Assembly (NCBI GenBank): GCA_963833225.1
Contig: CAWHXD010000008.1
Location: forward strand, 768,001 to 832,000
Direction: 5' to 3'
DNA length: 64,000 bases
DNA from: an uncultured Chloroflexia bacterium
GTDB taxonomy: Bacteria; Chloroflexota; Limnocylindria; Limnocylindrales; CSP1-4
The translations under genes were made by a program, and so were the position numbers. Below are positions 29,935 to 39,907 of the stretch, one piece after another (the first letter of the stretch is position 1; every line of letters begins with the position of its first letter). The notes beneath the pieces are model-generated. The model was not told where the DNA came from. It ran no database searches and saw nothing but the letters and a program-made list of their open reading frames with translations.

Positions 29935-30204
29935 TCAGTTCGGGCGGAGGCCGAGCGCGGCATCGATGCGGGCCTGGTCGAACCCGACGATGGGGCGGCC
30001 GTCGATCTCGATGACCGGGACGCCCATCTGGCCGGTCCGCCGGACGAGGTCGCGGGCCGCCGCGGGGTCGCGACTGACGTCGACATCCCGGAACGCGACA
30101 CCGCGACCGCGCAGATAGCCCTTCGCGCGCGTGCACCACGGGCACGTCGGCGTCGAGAACACGATCACGCGGTGCGGGCGGCTGGCGGTCGGCTGGGTCT
30201 GCAT
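29935..30204 (-). CDS. Glutaredoxin-like protein (YruB/NrdH type)
   Basis: TPTCPWC, TGQMGVPVI, VGFD. Confidence 0.9.
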   Translation of the reverse strand: MQTQPTASRPHRVIVFSTPTCPWCTRAKGYLRGRGVAFRDVDVSRDPAAARDLVRRTGQMGVPVIEIDGRPIVGFDQARIDAALGLRPN

Positions 30205-30252
30205 GCTCCTGCTCCATCGCGGGTCCGGTTCGGCCGGCACACAGCCGGTCGA

Positions 30253-30310
30253 GCTACTTGCGTCATTGCGCAAGTAGCAGCATAGCCATTGTTACCGGCT
30301 TGCGCAAGCC
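30253..30310. promoter_or_regulatory. Palindromic operator sites flanking a -10 element
   Basis: GCTACTTGCG-N6-CGCAAGTAGC (30253-30278), TATGCT on minus strand (30284-30279), GGCTTGCGCAAGCC (30297-30310). Confidence 0.6.
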
Positions 30311-30367
30311 CGCAACTACACCTCTGAGGCGGAATCCGGAGGCGGTGCGGACGATGGTTCCGGGGGC

Positions 30368-31569
30368 TCAGCGAGCGTCCGCGAGCGGCACCTCGAGCCA
30401 GAACGCCGCCCCCCGGTGGCGTTGTTGGCGACGCCAACCTGCCCGCCGTGCGCCTCCGCAATCGCCCGCACGATGGCGAGCCCCAGGCCGGACGTGCCGG
30501 TTTCGCGATTGCGCGCGGCATCTGCCTGGTAGAAGCGGTCGAACAGGTGCGGCAGGTCGGCATCGGAGACCCCGGGTCCCTGGTCCACGACCTCCACGCG
30601 GCCCATCCCGCTCGCGGTCCGGGTGACCCCCACCGCGACGGTGCTGCCGGGCGGCGCGTGGCGCACGGCATTGTCGACGAACGCGGCGAGCGCCTGGGCA
30701 AGCCGGTCGCGATCGACATCGACGACGACGGGATCCGGACCGGGCTCGCCGGCGACCGAGACGCTCCTGGCCTCGGCTCGCGCCCGGAACGCGGCAACGA
30801 CCGCGCTCACGATGTCACCGAGCGCCACCGGCGCGCGGACCAGTGGGAGCGCACCCGCGTCGGCGAGGCTGATCGTCCGCAGGTCGTCCACGACCCTGCC
30901 CAGGATGCGGGCCTGCTCCCGGATGGTCTCCAGGTGGCGGTCGTCGGGCGGGTAGACCCCGTCGAGCACGGCGGCAGCCGTCGCGTCGATCACCGCGAGC
31001 GGCGTCTTCATCTCATGCGCGGCGTCCTGGAAGAATCGTCGCCGCGAGGTCTCGCTCCGCTCGAGATCGGCGGCCATCGCGTCGAACGAGCGACCCAGCG
31101 AGCCGATCTCGTCCGTTCGTTCAGCCACGCCTGACCGGGCCGCCAGGTCACCCGCCGCGACGGCCGCCGCCGCCGCCTCGAGCCTCACCAGCGGCGTGGC
31201 CAGGCGCCGGGCGATCAGCGCACCGAGCAGCGAGGCGAGGACGGCCGCAGCAACGGCCACGCCGATGATGATCGCCGTCGTCTCCTGCTGGGCCTGGCTC
31301 GCGTAGGGGCCCTGCCCGCCTCCCCCACCGGAACCCGCTCCCGGTCCACCACCGGCCCCCTGGCCGGCGCCGGGACCGCCGCCCATCCCGGGACCGCCGC
31401 CGATCCCCGGCGCCGCCGATGCCTGTCCCGCCATCATGGCCTCGAACCCGCGCCCGACGATCGGCGGGGCTGCGAGCGCGACCGCGAGCGCCGTCAGCAC
31501 GGCCACGCCCGCGAAGGCGAGCGCCAGCCGGACGGCAAGCCCGGTTCCCGGGGCCCGCGCCGGCGTCAT
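30368..31569 (-). CDS. HAMP sensor histidine kinase (BaeS-like); C-terminal frameshift
   Basis: Two TM, HAMP DEIGSLGRSFDAM, AHEMKTPL, DNAVRH, DQGPG, GLGLAI. Confidence 0.9.
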
Positions 31570-32264
31570 TCGCGCGCCGCCCGGTAGCCGACGCCGCGGA
31601 GCGTGTCGATGTAGCCGCGGCCGTCGGTGCGCTCCCCGAGCTTGCGCCGGAGGTTCTTGATGTGGCTGTCGATGGTGCGGTCGAAGGCGTCGTACGACTC
31701 GCCGAACACGCGGTCGCCCAGCCGCGCGCGGGTCCACGCCATGCCCGGAACCTCCACCAGGGCCACGAGGAGGTCGAACTCCGCCCTGGTGAGGCCGATG
31801 TCGGCCTCGTCGCGCCGAACCTCCCGGGCGGACTCATCGATCTCGAGGTCGAGATACCGGCGGGTTGCGGGCGCGGTGGTCGCCGCCGTGGGCGGACCGG
31901 CGGCCGCGCGCCGGAGCACGGCACCCACGCGGGCCACGAGCTCGCGCGGCTCAAACGGCTTGGTGACGTAGTCGTCGGCGCCGATCTCGAGACCCGCGAC
32001 CCGGTCGATGACATCGTCGCGCGCGGTCAGCAGGATGACCGCCGATCGCCCGCCGGCCGCGCGCAGCTCGCGGAGCACGTCGAACCCCGACCGTCCGGGC
32101 AGCATGACGTCGAGGATGATCAGGTCCGGTTCTCGATCCATGGCGGCGGCCAGCGCGGCGTCGCCGTCGCCCGCGTACCGGATCTCATGACCCTCGCGCA
32201 CAAGGTAGGACCCCACGATCTCGCGGATGTGGGGCTCGTCATCGACGACCAGGATGTTGCTCAT
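31566..32264 (-). CDS. OmpR-family response regulator
   Basis: VVDDE, LDVMLP, GADDYVTKPF, RTIDSHIKNLRRKL, RGVGY. Confidence 0.95.
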   Translation of the reverse strand: MSNILVVDDEPHIREIVGSYLVREGHEIRYAGDGDAALAAAMDREPDLIILDVMLPGRSGFDVLRELRAAGGRSAVILLTARDDVIDRVAGLEIGADDYVTKPFEPRELVARVGAVLRRAAAGPPTAATTAPATRRYLDLEIDESAREVRRDEADIGLTRAEFDLLVALVEVPGMAWTRARLGDRVFGESYDAFDRTIDSHIKNLRRKLGERTDGRGYIDTLRGVGYRAARE

Positions 32265-32322
32265 GCCGTGCACCATCGTAGGGCGGGTGGCCACTCGGCT
32301 CACCCGCCCCACGAATTCAGGA

Positions 32323-32950
32323 TCAGCTGGAGGGGGCGGTGTCCGCGTTCGGGCAGGTCCCGTCGCCGGCGCCGCGCATCATGGCCGCCGCGACCGGCGC
32401 CATTGCCATTGGCTCCCGCTCGCGCTCCCGGTCCACGGCCGTCGGCCGCACCCGTGCCATCGCGCAGTGCGGCGCCCTGACCCGCGCCGCTCCCGGCGCC
32501 GTTCGGTCCGGCCCCGACGGCCGCGCCCCGCATGCCACCGAGGGCAGTCTCGTTGACCATGGCCTTGGCCTGGACGGCAAGGTTGGCCTTGAGCGTCTCG
32601 GCCCGGTCGGCGGTGATGGCGCCCACGGCGAGCCGGGCGTCGATGCGCACGGACCACTGGGCGACGAGAGCGTCGATCAACCGCTGCGGGTCAACGCCCT
32701 GGCGCTCGGCGATCTGGGCCAGGCTCAGGCCCTGCTGACGGAGCTCCGTCACCTGCGCGTCGGTGAGGCCGAGGATCCCGGCGATGGGATCGGCGTCGGC
32801 GACCGGTGCGGGCGTGGTCGCCGGGTCGCCGAGTGCCGCCGGAACGGCGGTGGCGGGCCCGACCTGAGCGGGCGAGGCGGCGGAGACCGCGCCCACGGCG
32901 AGGAGAAGGATCAGGCCGGCGCCGGCGACCGGGATGGCAATCTGCTTCAT
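32323..32950 (-). CDS. Secreted Gly-rich hypothetical protein; probable C-terminal frameshift
   Basis: Signal peptide (AVSAA); helical GLSLAQIAERQGVD domain; RDGTG and GDGTCP tail. Confidence 0.7.
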
Positions 32951-33120
32951 GGTGATTCCCTCGTTCGATCCGGCGCCTCTCGGTGAAGGTGGAGGCGCAT
33001 CGGTGTGACCCCATCGTCATCGGGGCCCGTGGACTGGGCATGGACCGCACGTGGAGATCACGAGGGTTCTGCGGGGCGGGTGCGGCTCGGCGCTGGCCGC
33101 CGGCGCGACAGACATCAAGA

Positions 33121-33144
33121 AACGCCACGGATGACCGTGGCGTT
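33121..33144 (-). terminator. Terminator of the tRNA pair
   Basis: AACGCCACGG-N4-CCGTGGCGTT followed by TCTT on the minus strand. Confidence 0.7.
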
Positions 33145-33163
33145 GCTCAACAGACCGGTGATG

Positions 33164-33239
33164 TGGCGCGCCCGGCGGGACTCGAACCCACGACCTCTAG
33201 GTCCGCAACCTAGCGCTCTATCCGCTGAGCTACGGGCGC
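33164..33239 (-). tRNA. tRNA-Arg(GCG)
   Basis: GCGCCCGTAGCTCAGCGGATAGAGC; anticodon arm CTAGG-TTGCGGA-CCTAG; encoded CCA. Confidence 0.95.
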
Positions 33240-33249
33240 GCGATGTGTC

Positions 33250-33339
<90 letters not shown>

Positions 33340-33395
33340 GGGCAGCGCCCGGGATCATAGCATTCGAGGCCCGCACCCTCGGCTGCCCGATCGCT

Positions 33396-34565
33396 CTACT
33401 GCTCGCTGATCCGAGTGTCCACGGCGTGCCCGCGGACGTAGTCCCAGTCGAGGTTGATCCCGAACCCGGGCGCGTCCGGGAGCCGGTAGGTGCCGCCGCC
33501 GACACGGGTCGACATGTCGGTGAGGTGCCAGAAGAACGGGTCGCGCTCCTCGTCGAAGCACTCGGTGAACGTGTGGTCCGGGACCGACGCGAGGAGGTGC
33601 GACGAGACCTGCGGCTCTTCGTGGTGGCCCAGCTGCACGCCGAACGCGGCGCACACACCGGCCGCCTTGCGCCAGATCGTCGGGCCACCGGCCCACGAGG
33701 CATCGAAGTTGGAGACGTCGATGGCGCTGTCGACGACGAGGTCCCGCAACCCGGCCAGGGTGGTCTCGCTCTGGCCCGCGCAGACGGCAACGCCCGCCTG
33801 GTAGCGCACGTCGCGCATCGCTCGCCGGTCGTTGGTCCAGAGACAGGGCTCCTCGAACCAGCGCAGGTCGAGGTCGGCCACGCGTCGCGCGAAGTCCACC
33901 GCCTGGGCGAGGGTGTAGCCCTGGTTGGCGTCGGCCATCAGGACGAAGCCCGGGCCGGCGGCCTCGCGCGCGACCCGGAACCGGGCGGCATCCTCGGCCG
34001 GCGAGCGCCCTCCGACCTTGAACTTCATGCCGGCGAAGCCCTGTTCGATGTAGCGGTGGACGGTCTCGGCGGTCTGGTCCGCATCGAGGTGGTAGTAGCC
34101 GCCGATGACGGAGATCGGCACCTCGTCGGCAACGGCGCCCCACATCCGGTAGAGCGGCAGCCCCACGGCCCGGCCGAGCGCGTCCCAGATCACGGTGTCG
34201 AGGGCGGCGATCGCCTGGAGCGCGAGGCCACGGTCCCGCAGGATGTTGTTGGTCGCGGGCTCCATGTCCCGCCACCGGCCCTCGGGGTCACGCGCCGACT
34301 TGCCGAGGATCGCGGGAGCCAGCTCGTCGTGGATGATGCCCACGATCAGCGCCTGCTCGGCGTCGGTGTCGCCGCTGTAGGTCTCGGCGATGATCCCGTC
34401 CGCGGTCGTGAGCCGGACGACGATCGTGCACCGGTTGTCCATCGAGTAGGCCGAGCCTGAGAACCGGCGAGCCAGGGGAGCCCGGAGCGCGATGGTCTCG
34501 ATCCGCTCGATCCGCAGCGAGCCCGCGTCCAGGCGGGCGGCCGCACCGGTCCCGGCAGCGTCCAT
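33396..34565 (-). CDS. Mandelate racemase/muconate lactonizing enzyme family
   Basis: KFK, MADANQ, WFEEP, GQSE, PGFG. Confidence 0.9.
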   Translation of the reverse strand: MDAAGTGAAARLDAGSLRIERIETIALRAPLARRFSGSAYSMDNRCTIVVRLTTADGIIAETYSGDTDAEQALIVGIIHDELAPAILGKSARDPEGRWRDMEPATNNILRDRGLALQAIAALDTVIWDALGRAVGLPLYRMWGAVADEVPISVIGGYYHLDADQTAETVHRYIEQGFAGMKFKVGGRSPAEDAARFRVAREAAGPGFVLMADANQGYTLAQAVDFARRVADLDLRWFEEPCLWTNDRRAMRDVRYQAGVAVCAGQSETTLAGLRDLVVDSAIDVSNFDASWAGGPTIWRKAAGVCAAFGVQLGHHEEPQVSSHLLASVPDHTFTECFDEERDPFFWHLTDMSTRVGGGTYRLPDAPGFGINLDWDYVRGHAVDTRISEQ

Positions 34566-34642
34566 AGGGTGGTCACCTCGGCTGGCCGCGCGCTCCGCGG
34601 CGGCGATCGGCCCGGCGGCGGCGAGCGGGCGCCGGTGCGGCC

Positions 34643-34666
34643 ATCATACGCGTGCAATCGGTTTCA
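34643..34666 (-). promoter_or_regulatory. LacI-type operator next to a -10 element
   Basis: TGAAACCGATTGCA (34666-34653) just upstream of TATGAT (34648-34643). Confidence 0.55.
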
Positions 34667-34720
34667 CGGGCACCCCTCGAACGGCTGGGCGGTCGTGGGC
34701 GCGTGCCGATGTGGGCCGTG

Positions 34721-34778
34721 CCGGTGGGCCAGACCCGGTCTCCCGGCCCCGCTCGCCCGGCCCGGTGGGCCAGACCCG
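34721..34778 (+). repeat. 17-bp direct repeat
   Basis: CCGGTGGGCCAGACCCG at 34721-34737 and 34762-34778. Confidence 0.7.
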
Positions 34779-35031
34779 CTCGCCCGGGCCCTCCCGCCAG
34801 GCCCCGATCGCCCAGCGGTTGAACGGTGCGCTTGAGGCTGGTTCTGCTCGCCCAGCGAGCGGAACCGCGGCGCCAGCGGCCTGCCAGCGCGGATTCCAGC
34901 CGCCAGGCGACCAGAATTGCACGGGACCGCACCGTTCACCCGCGGCGCGGGTGGGCGAGCCCTTGGGGCGCGGGGACGAGCGCCGGGCAAGCGACCGCGC
35001 CCGGGACGAACTGCGAGGTGAGCCCGCGAAG

Positions 35032-35060
35032 TTGACACACACGGACCCCTTCGATACCGT
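35032..35060 (+). promoter_or_regulatory. sigma70 promoter of the aro operon
   Basis: TTGACA, 17 nt spacer, TACCGT. Confidence 0.7.
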
Positions 35061-35070
35061 CGGGGCACCG

Positions 35071-35106
35071 ATGTGCCCCATCTATCTCTTTACCTGCCCG
35101 GCATGA
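35071..35106 (+). CDS. Putative attenuator leader peptide MCPIYLFTCPA
   Basis: 11 codons including TAT (Tyr) and TTT (Phe), between the promoter and a terminator upstream of the DAHP synthase gene. Confidence 0.6.
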   Translation: MCPIYLFTCPA

Positions 35107-35155
35107 CCGCCCCCGGTACCGTCTAGACCCGGGAGTCGGCGAGTCGTGCCGGGTG

Positions 35156-35183
35156 AGCAGAGGTCCTGGACCTCTGCTTTTTT
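35156..35183 (+). terminator. Attenuator terminator
   Basis: AGCAGAGGTC-CTG-GACCTCTGCT plus T-tract, before the first aro gene. Confidence 0.85.
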
Positions 35184-35229
35184 GTTCTCCTCGATCCTTT
35201 TTCCAACCCCGAAGGACAGTTGAGCCAAG

Positions 35230-36279
35230 ATGTTCGTGGTGATGCGGACCGGAGCCACCGAGGCCGAGGTCAACGGCGTGAAGGGCCTGATCCTGGCCGA
35301 GGGGCTGACGCCGTTCGAGAACGCCGGCAATGACCGCACGGTGATCGCGATCGTGGGCGAGATCGGCAAGCGGCGGGAGACGCTCCAGGCTCGCCTCCAG
35401 GGGACGCCGGGGGTGGCGACGGTCACCCGGATCAGCAAGCCATACAAGTTGGTCTCGCGCGAGTTCCACCCGGAGAACACCGTGATCCCGGTGCTCGACG
35501 CGGTGATCGGCGATGGGTCGCTCACGGTGATGGCGGGTCCGTGCTCGGTGGAGAGCCACGACCAGCTGATGGAGACCGTGGACTTTGTCGCCGCGCACGG
35601 GGCGACGGTGATCCGCGGCGGCGCGTTCAAGCCGCGCACCAGCCCGTACAGCTTCCAGGGCCTGGGCGTGGAGGGGCTCCGCTACCTCGCCGAGGCGCGC
35701 GCGCGGACCGGGATGCCGGTCATCACCGAGGTCATGGAGCCGTCGCAGGTCGACATCGTCGCCGAGTACGCCGACATCCTCCAGATCGGCACCCGCAACA
35801 TGCAGAACTTCTCGCTGCTGCTCGCCTGCGGGCGCGCGGGGCGGCCGGTGATGCTCAAGCGCGGGTTCGGGGCCACGATCGAGGAGTGGCTGATGGCGGC
35901 CGAGTACATCGCATCGGCGGGCAACGGCCAGATCATCCTCTGCGAGCGGGGCATCCGGACGTTCGAGACGACGACCCGCAACACCCTGGACCTGACGGCG
36001 GTGCCCCTGATGCACCACTTCACCCACCTGCCCGTCGTGGTGGATCCGTCGCACGCGACCGGGAAGCGGTGGCTGGTCAAGCCGCTGGCCATCGGCGCCG
36101 TGGCGGTGGGCGCGGACGGGATCATGGTCGAGGTGCATCCGCGGCCGGACGAGGCGCTCAGCGACGCGGAGCAGCAGCTGGACTTCCCGATGTTCGATCA
36201 GATGATGGGCGCGGTCACCGCCGTGCACGCCAACGTTCGCGACCTGCACGGCGACCTGCAGCGCGCCGGCGACGGCTGA
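35230..36279 (+). CDS. aroF: DAHP synthase type I-beta with N-terminal ACT-like regulatory domain
   Basis: [30 protein letters not shown]. Confidence 0.93.
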   Translation: MFVVMRTGATEAEVNGVKGLILAEGLTPFENAGNDRTVIAIVGEIGKRRETLQARLQGTPGVATVTRISKPYKLVSREFHPENTVIPVLDAVIGDGSLTVMAGPCSVESHDQLMETVDFVAAHGATVIRGGAFKPRTSPYSFQGLGVEGLRYLAEARARTGMPVITEVMEPSQVDIVAEYADILQIGTRNMQNFSLLLACGRAGRPVMLKRGFGATIEEWLMAAEYIASAGNGQIILCERGIRTFETTTRNTLDLTAVPLMHHFTHLPVVVDPSHATGKRWLVKPLAIGAVAVGADGIMVEVHPRPDEALSDAEQQLDFPMFDQMMGAVTAVHANVRDLHGDLQRAGDG

Positions 36280-36287
36280 GACGGCCG

Positions 36288-37631
36288 ATGACCACGCCAT
36301 CCTCCCCGATGGCATGGTCGTGCGTCCCGCAGCCCGGCTGCGTGGCTCGCCGGCGCTGCCCGGGGACAAGTCGATCTCCCACCGCGCCCTGCTGCTGGCC
36401 CTGCTCGCGGCGGGCGAGAGCCGGATCGGCGCGGCCGGCGACGGGGCGGACGTCCGGTCCACGGCCGGCGTCGTGGCAGCCCTGGGCGCACGCGTGGAGC
36501 GGGTGGCAGAGCACGACGGGCGCGTGGACTACCTGGTGCAAGCCCGGGTGGCGAGGCCCTCGTGGAGCCGTCGGCCACCCTCGACTGCGGCAACTCCGGC
36601 ACGACGACCCGCCTCGTTGCCGGGCTGCTGGCGGGCCGGCCGCTGTCGGCCGTGCTCGACGGTGACGCCTCGCTCCGGCGGCGGCCGATGGGCCGCGTCG
36701 TGGAGCCGCTGCGGGCGATGGGTGCGGCGTTCGAGGGCCGGCAGGGCGACACCCTGCTGCCCCTCGCGGTGACCGGCCGGGCGCACCTGTCCCCATCGAC
36801 TACCGGACGCCCGTCCCCAGCGCACAGGTCAAGTCCGCGATCCTGCTGGCGGCGCTCGCGGCGGACGGCGAGACGCGCGTGACCGAGTCGGTGGCAACCC
36901 GGGACCACACCGAGCGGATGCTCCGCGCCCGTGGCGTGGCCGTGCACGAGACTCGCAGCCCCAACGGGGAGCACACCGTGACCGTCGAGGGACCGGCCCG
37001 GGTGGCGGCCGATCGCGGACTCGGTCCCGTCCGATCCGTCCGCGGCCGCCTTCTGGCTGGTCGCCGGAGCGATCCACCCCGATGCCGAGCTCCACCTCGC
37101 AGGGGTCAGCACGAACCCCACACGGCGTGCCATCATCGACATCCTCAGGCGCATGGGCGCCGATATCGGGGAAGCCGCCATCGCCACCCGGGACGGGGCG
37201 GACGGCGAACCCCTCGCGGACCTCGTGGTCCGGTCGAGCCAGCTGCGGGGCATCGATGTCTCCCCTGCCGAGGTGGCGGCGGCGATCGATGAGATCCCCG
37301 TGCTTGCGCTTGCGGCGGCCGCGGCGTCCGGCACGACATGGATCCGGGGGCTTCCGAGCTCCGCCACAAGGAGTCCGACCGGATCGCCGGGATCGCGGCC
37401 GGGCTGGGAGCGCTCGGCGCGGATGTCCGCGTGGAGGGCGACGACATCGAGATCAGGGGTGGCCGGCGCCTGACCGGCGCGGTCACCGAGACCCTGGACG
37501 ATCACCGGCTGGCGATGACGTTTGCCATCGCCGGCCTCATCGCTGAGGGCGAGACCGTCATCGACCGACCCGGGTCGGCGGCGATCTCGTACCCCGGCTT
37601 CTTCCGCGACCTCGAAGGAGTGCGTGCATGA
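36288..37631 (+). CDS. aroA: EPSP synthase, several indels
   Basis: [43 protein letters not shown] spread across frames. Confidence 0.9.
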
Positions 37632-38548
37632 CCAGGCGCGTCGTCCTCATCGGCCACCCGGTGGCCCACTCGCTGTCCGGCGCGATGCAGCAGGCGGCGT
37701 TCGACCATGCCGGCATCGACGCCCGCTACGAGCTGTGGGACCGCGCCCCGATCGCCCTCGCGGACGCGATCGCCGAGCTGCGCACGGACGAGTTCCTGGG
37801 CGCCAACGTCACGATCCCCCACAAGGAGCGGGTCGTGCCCATGGTGGACCGGCTGACCGAGGAGGCGCATGCGACGGGCGCGGTCAACACGATCACCAGC
37901 GAGGGCCGCAAGCTCGTCGGGCACAACACCGACGTCGAGGGCTTCAAGGTCGCGCTCGACCAGCTGGTCGGCAAGCAGAAGATGCCCCGCCACGCCGTGG
38001 TGCTGGGCGCGGGCGGTGGATCGCGGGCGGTGGTCCACGGGCTGATCCGCGAGGGGTTCCAGCGCGTGGTCGTGTTCAACCGGCACCTCCACCGGGCGGA
38101 GTCGCTGGTCAAGCACTTCGCGCGCAGCGCGGCCCACATGGACCTCCGGGCGATGCCCTGGCACGAATCCATCATCGAGAGCGAGCTGTCCAAGACCAGG
38201 GTGCTCGTCAACGCGACGTCCATCGGGCTGGGCGAGGATGTCTCGCCGATCCCGGCCGAGATCCTGCCGCCGGACCTGCTCGTCCTCGACCTCATCTACG
38301 CCCAGACCCAGCTGCTGCGGGACGCCGCGAAGGCCGGTGGCACCACGTCCGACGGAGGGACGATGCTCCTCCACCAGGGCGCGGCCGCGTTCACGCTGTG
38401 GACCGGGCAGCCAGCCCCGCTGGAGGTCATGAAGGCGGCCCTCGAGGACGCGCGGGCACACGGCCTGACGTCGGCCGAGGGCGAGGGCGGCGTGGCCGAG
38501 GGCGAGGGCGTGGCCGAGGCGGCCGCGGACGCGCCCACCGGGGCCTGA
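37628..38548 (+). CDS. aroE: Shikimate dehydrogenase
   Basis: HSLS, NVTIPHK, GAVNT, NTD, GAGG. Confidence 0.95.
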   Translation: MTRRVVLIGHPVAHSLSGAMQQAAFDHAGIDARYELWDRAPIALADAIAELRTDEFLGANVTIPHKERVVPMVDRLTEEAHATGAVNTITSEGRKLVGHNTDVEGFKVALDQLVGKQKMPRHAVVLGAGGGSRAVVHGLIREGFQRVVVFNRHLHRAESLVKHFARSAAHMDLRAMPWHESIIESELSKTRVLVNATSIGLGEDVSPIPAEILPPDLLVLDLIYAQTQLLRDAAKAGGTTSDGGTMLLHQGAAAFTLWTGQPAPLEVMKAALEDARAHGLTSAEGEGGVAEGEGVAEAAADAPTGA

Positions 38549-38573
38549 CGGGCCGCCGGGAACGAGGACGGAC

Positions 38574-39897
38574 GTGGAGCGATTCCGGTTCATCACCGCC
38601 GGCGAGAGTCACGGCCCCATGCTGGGCGCCGTGGTTGAAGGCGTCCCCGCGGGCCTCGGGCTGACCGAGGACGACCTCGCGGTGGACCTCGCCCGCCGTC
38701 AGCGTGGTTATGGGCGCGGGGCGCGCCAGGCGATCGAGCAGGACCGGGCCCGGATCCTGGGTGGGGTCCGGCACGGGCGCACGCTCGGGTCGCCGATCCT
38801 GCTGGAGGTCGAGAACCGGGACTGGGCCAACTGGACCCGCGTCATGCAGGTCGGCCCGCTGTCCGACGCGGAGGCCGCCGAGCTGGCGGACCTCGCGGCG
38901 GAGGGCAACAAGCGGTCGCAACCCATCACGCGCGTCCGCCCGGGGCACGCGGATCTCGCCGGCGCGCTCAAGTACGGCTTCAACGATGTCCGCAATGCGC
39001 TCGAGCGCTCGTCGGCCCGCGAGACGGCGGCGCGGGTCGCAGCCGGCGGCATCGCCCGCGCGTTCCTGCGCGCGCTGGGCATCGACGTCTGGTCGTTCAC
39101 CGCCGAGGTTGGCGGCGTCGGCGTGGACCCGGCGCGCTGCACGCGGTCCCGCGAGGAGGCGGACGCGTCCCCGCTCCGGTGTCCGGACGCCGAGGCCGAG
39201 ACGGCCATGATCGCCCGCATCGACGAGGCCCGTTCGGCGGGCGACACCGTCGGCGGGGTGTTCGAGGTCGTGGTGCATGGGGCACCGATCGGGCTCGGGA
39301 GCTACGTGCACTGGGACCGGCGGCTCGACGGCGCGCTCGCCCAGGCCGTCATGAGCATCCACATCGTCAAGGGCGTGGAGATCGGGCTCGGGTTCGAGCA
39401 GACGCGGCGGTTCGGCTCGCAGGTCCACGACGTGATCGACGGCCGGCGCGACGACGGGTCGTGGATCCATCGCACCAACAACGCGGGCGGGCTCACGGGC
39501 GGCGTGACCAACGGCGAGCCGATCGTGATCCGGGGCGCGGTCAAGCCCATCTCCACGCTCGCCAGGCCGCTCGCGACCGCCGACCTCGTCACCGGCGACG
39601 CGGTCGAGAAGGCGCACTACGAGCGGTCGGACATCTCGGTGGTCCCGGCCGCGGGCGTGATCGCCGAGGCGATGGTGATGCTGACCCTCGCCCGGTTCGT
39701 GCTCGAGAAGACGGGCGGCGATTCCATGGCCGAGGTCCTTGACAACCTCGGCCGCTACCAGGCCCGGATCGCCGGCACGCCGGCGGCCCCCGTGGCGGGC
39801 GACGGGTCCGGCGGACACGCCTCGGCGAGCGGCACCGGACGCGAGGCCCGGTCTGCCCGGGTTGCCCGGCGCCGCCGACGCGTCCGAGGACGCCTGA
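38574..39897 (+). CDS. aroC: Chorismate synthase; 3' end uncertain (indel)
   Basis: TAGESHG, RPGHAD, ERSSARET, KPIST, ERSD. Confidence 0.93.
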
Positions 39898-39907
39898 GGG
39901 CCGGCGG

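Noticed and set aside
25271-33164. Possible genomic island integrated at tRNA-Arg
   Set aside because: No integrase, no duplicated tRNA 3' end found, and no obvious compositional shift.
34721-34778. Direct repeats as a mini-CRISPR
   Set aside because: Only two 17-bp copies, too short, and no cas genes.
38474-38521. Tandem GCCGAGGGCGAGGGC repeats at the aroE 3' end
   Set aside because: They encode a low-complexity AEGEG tail, and nothing suggests a separate function.
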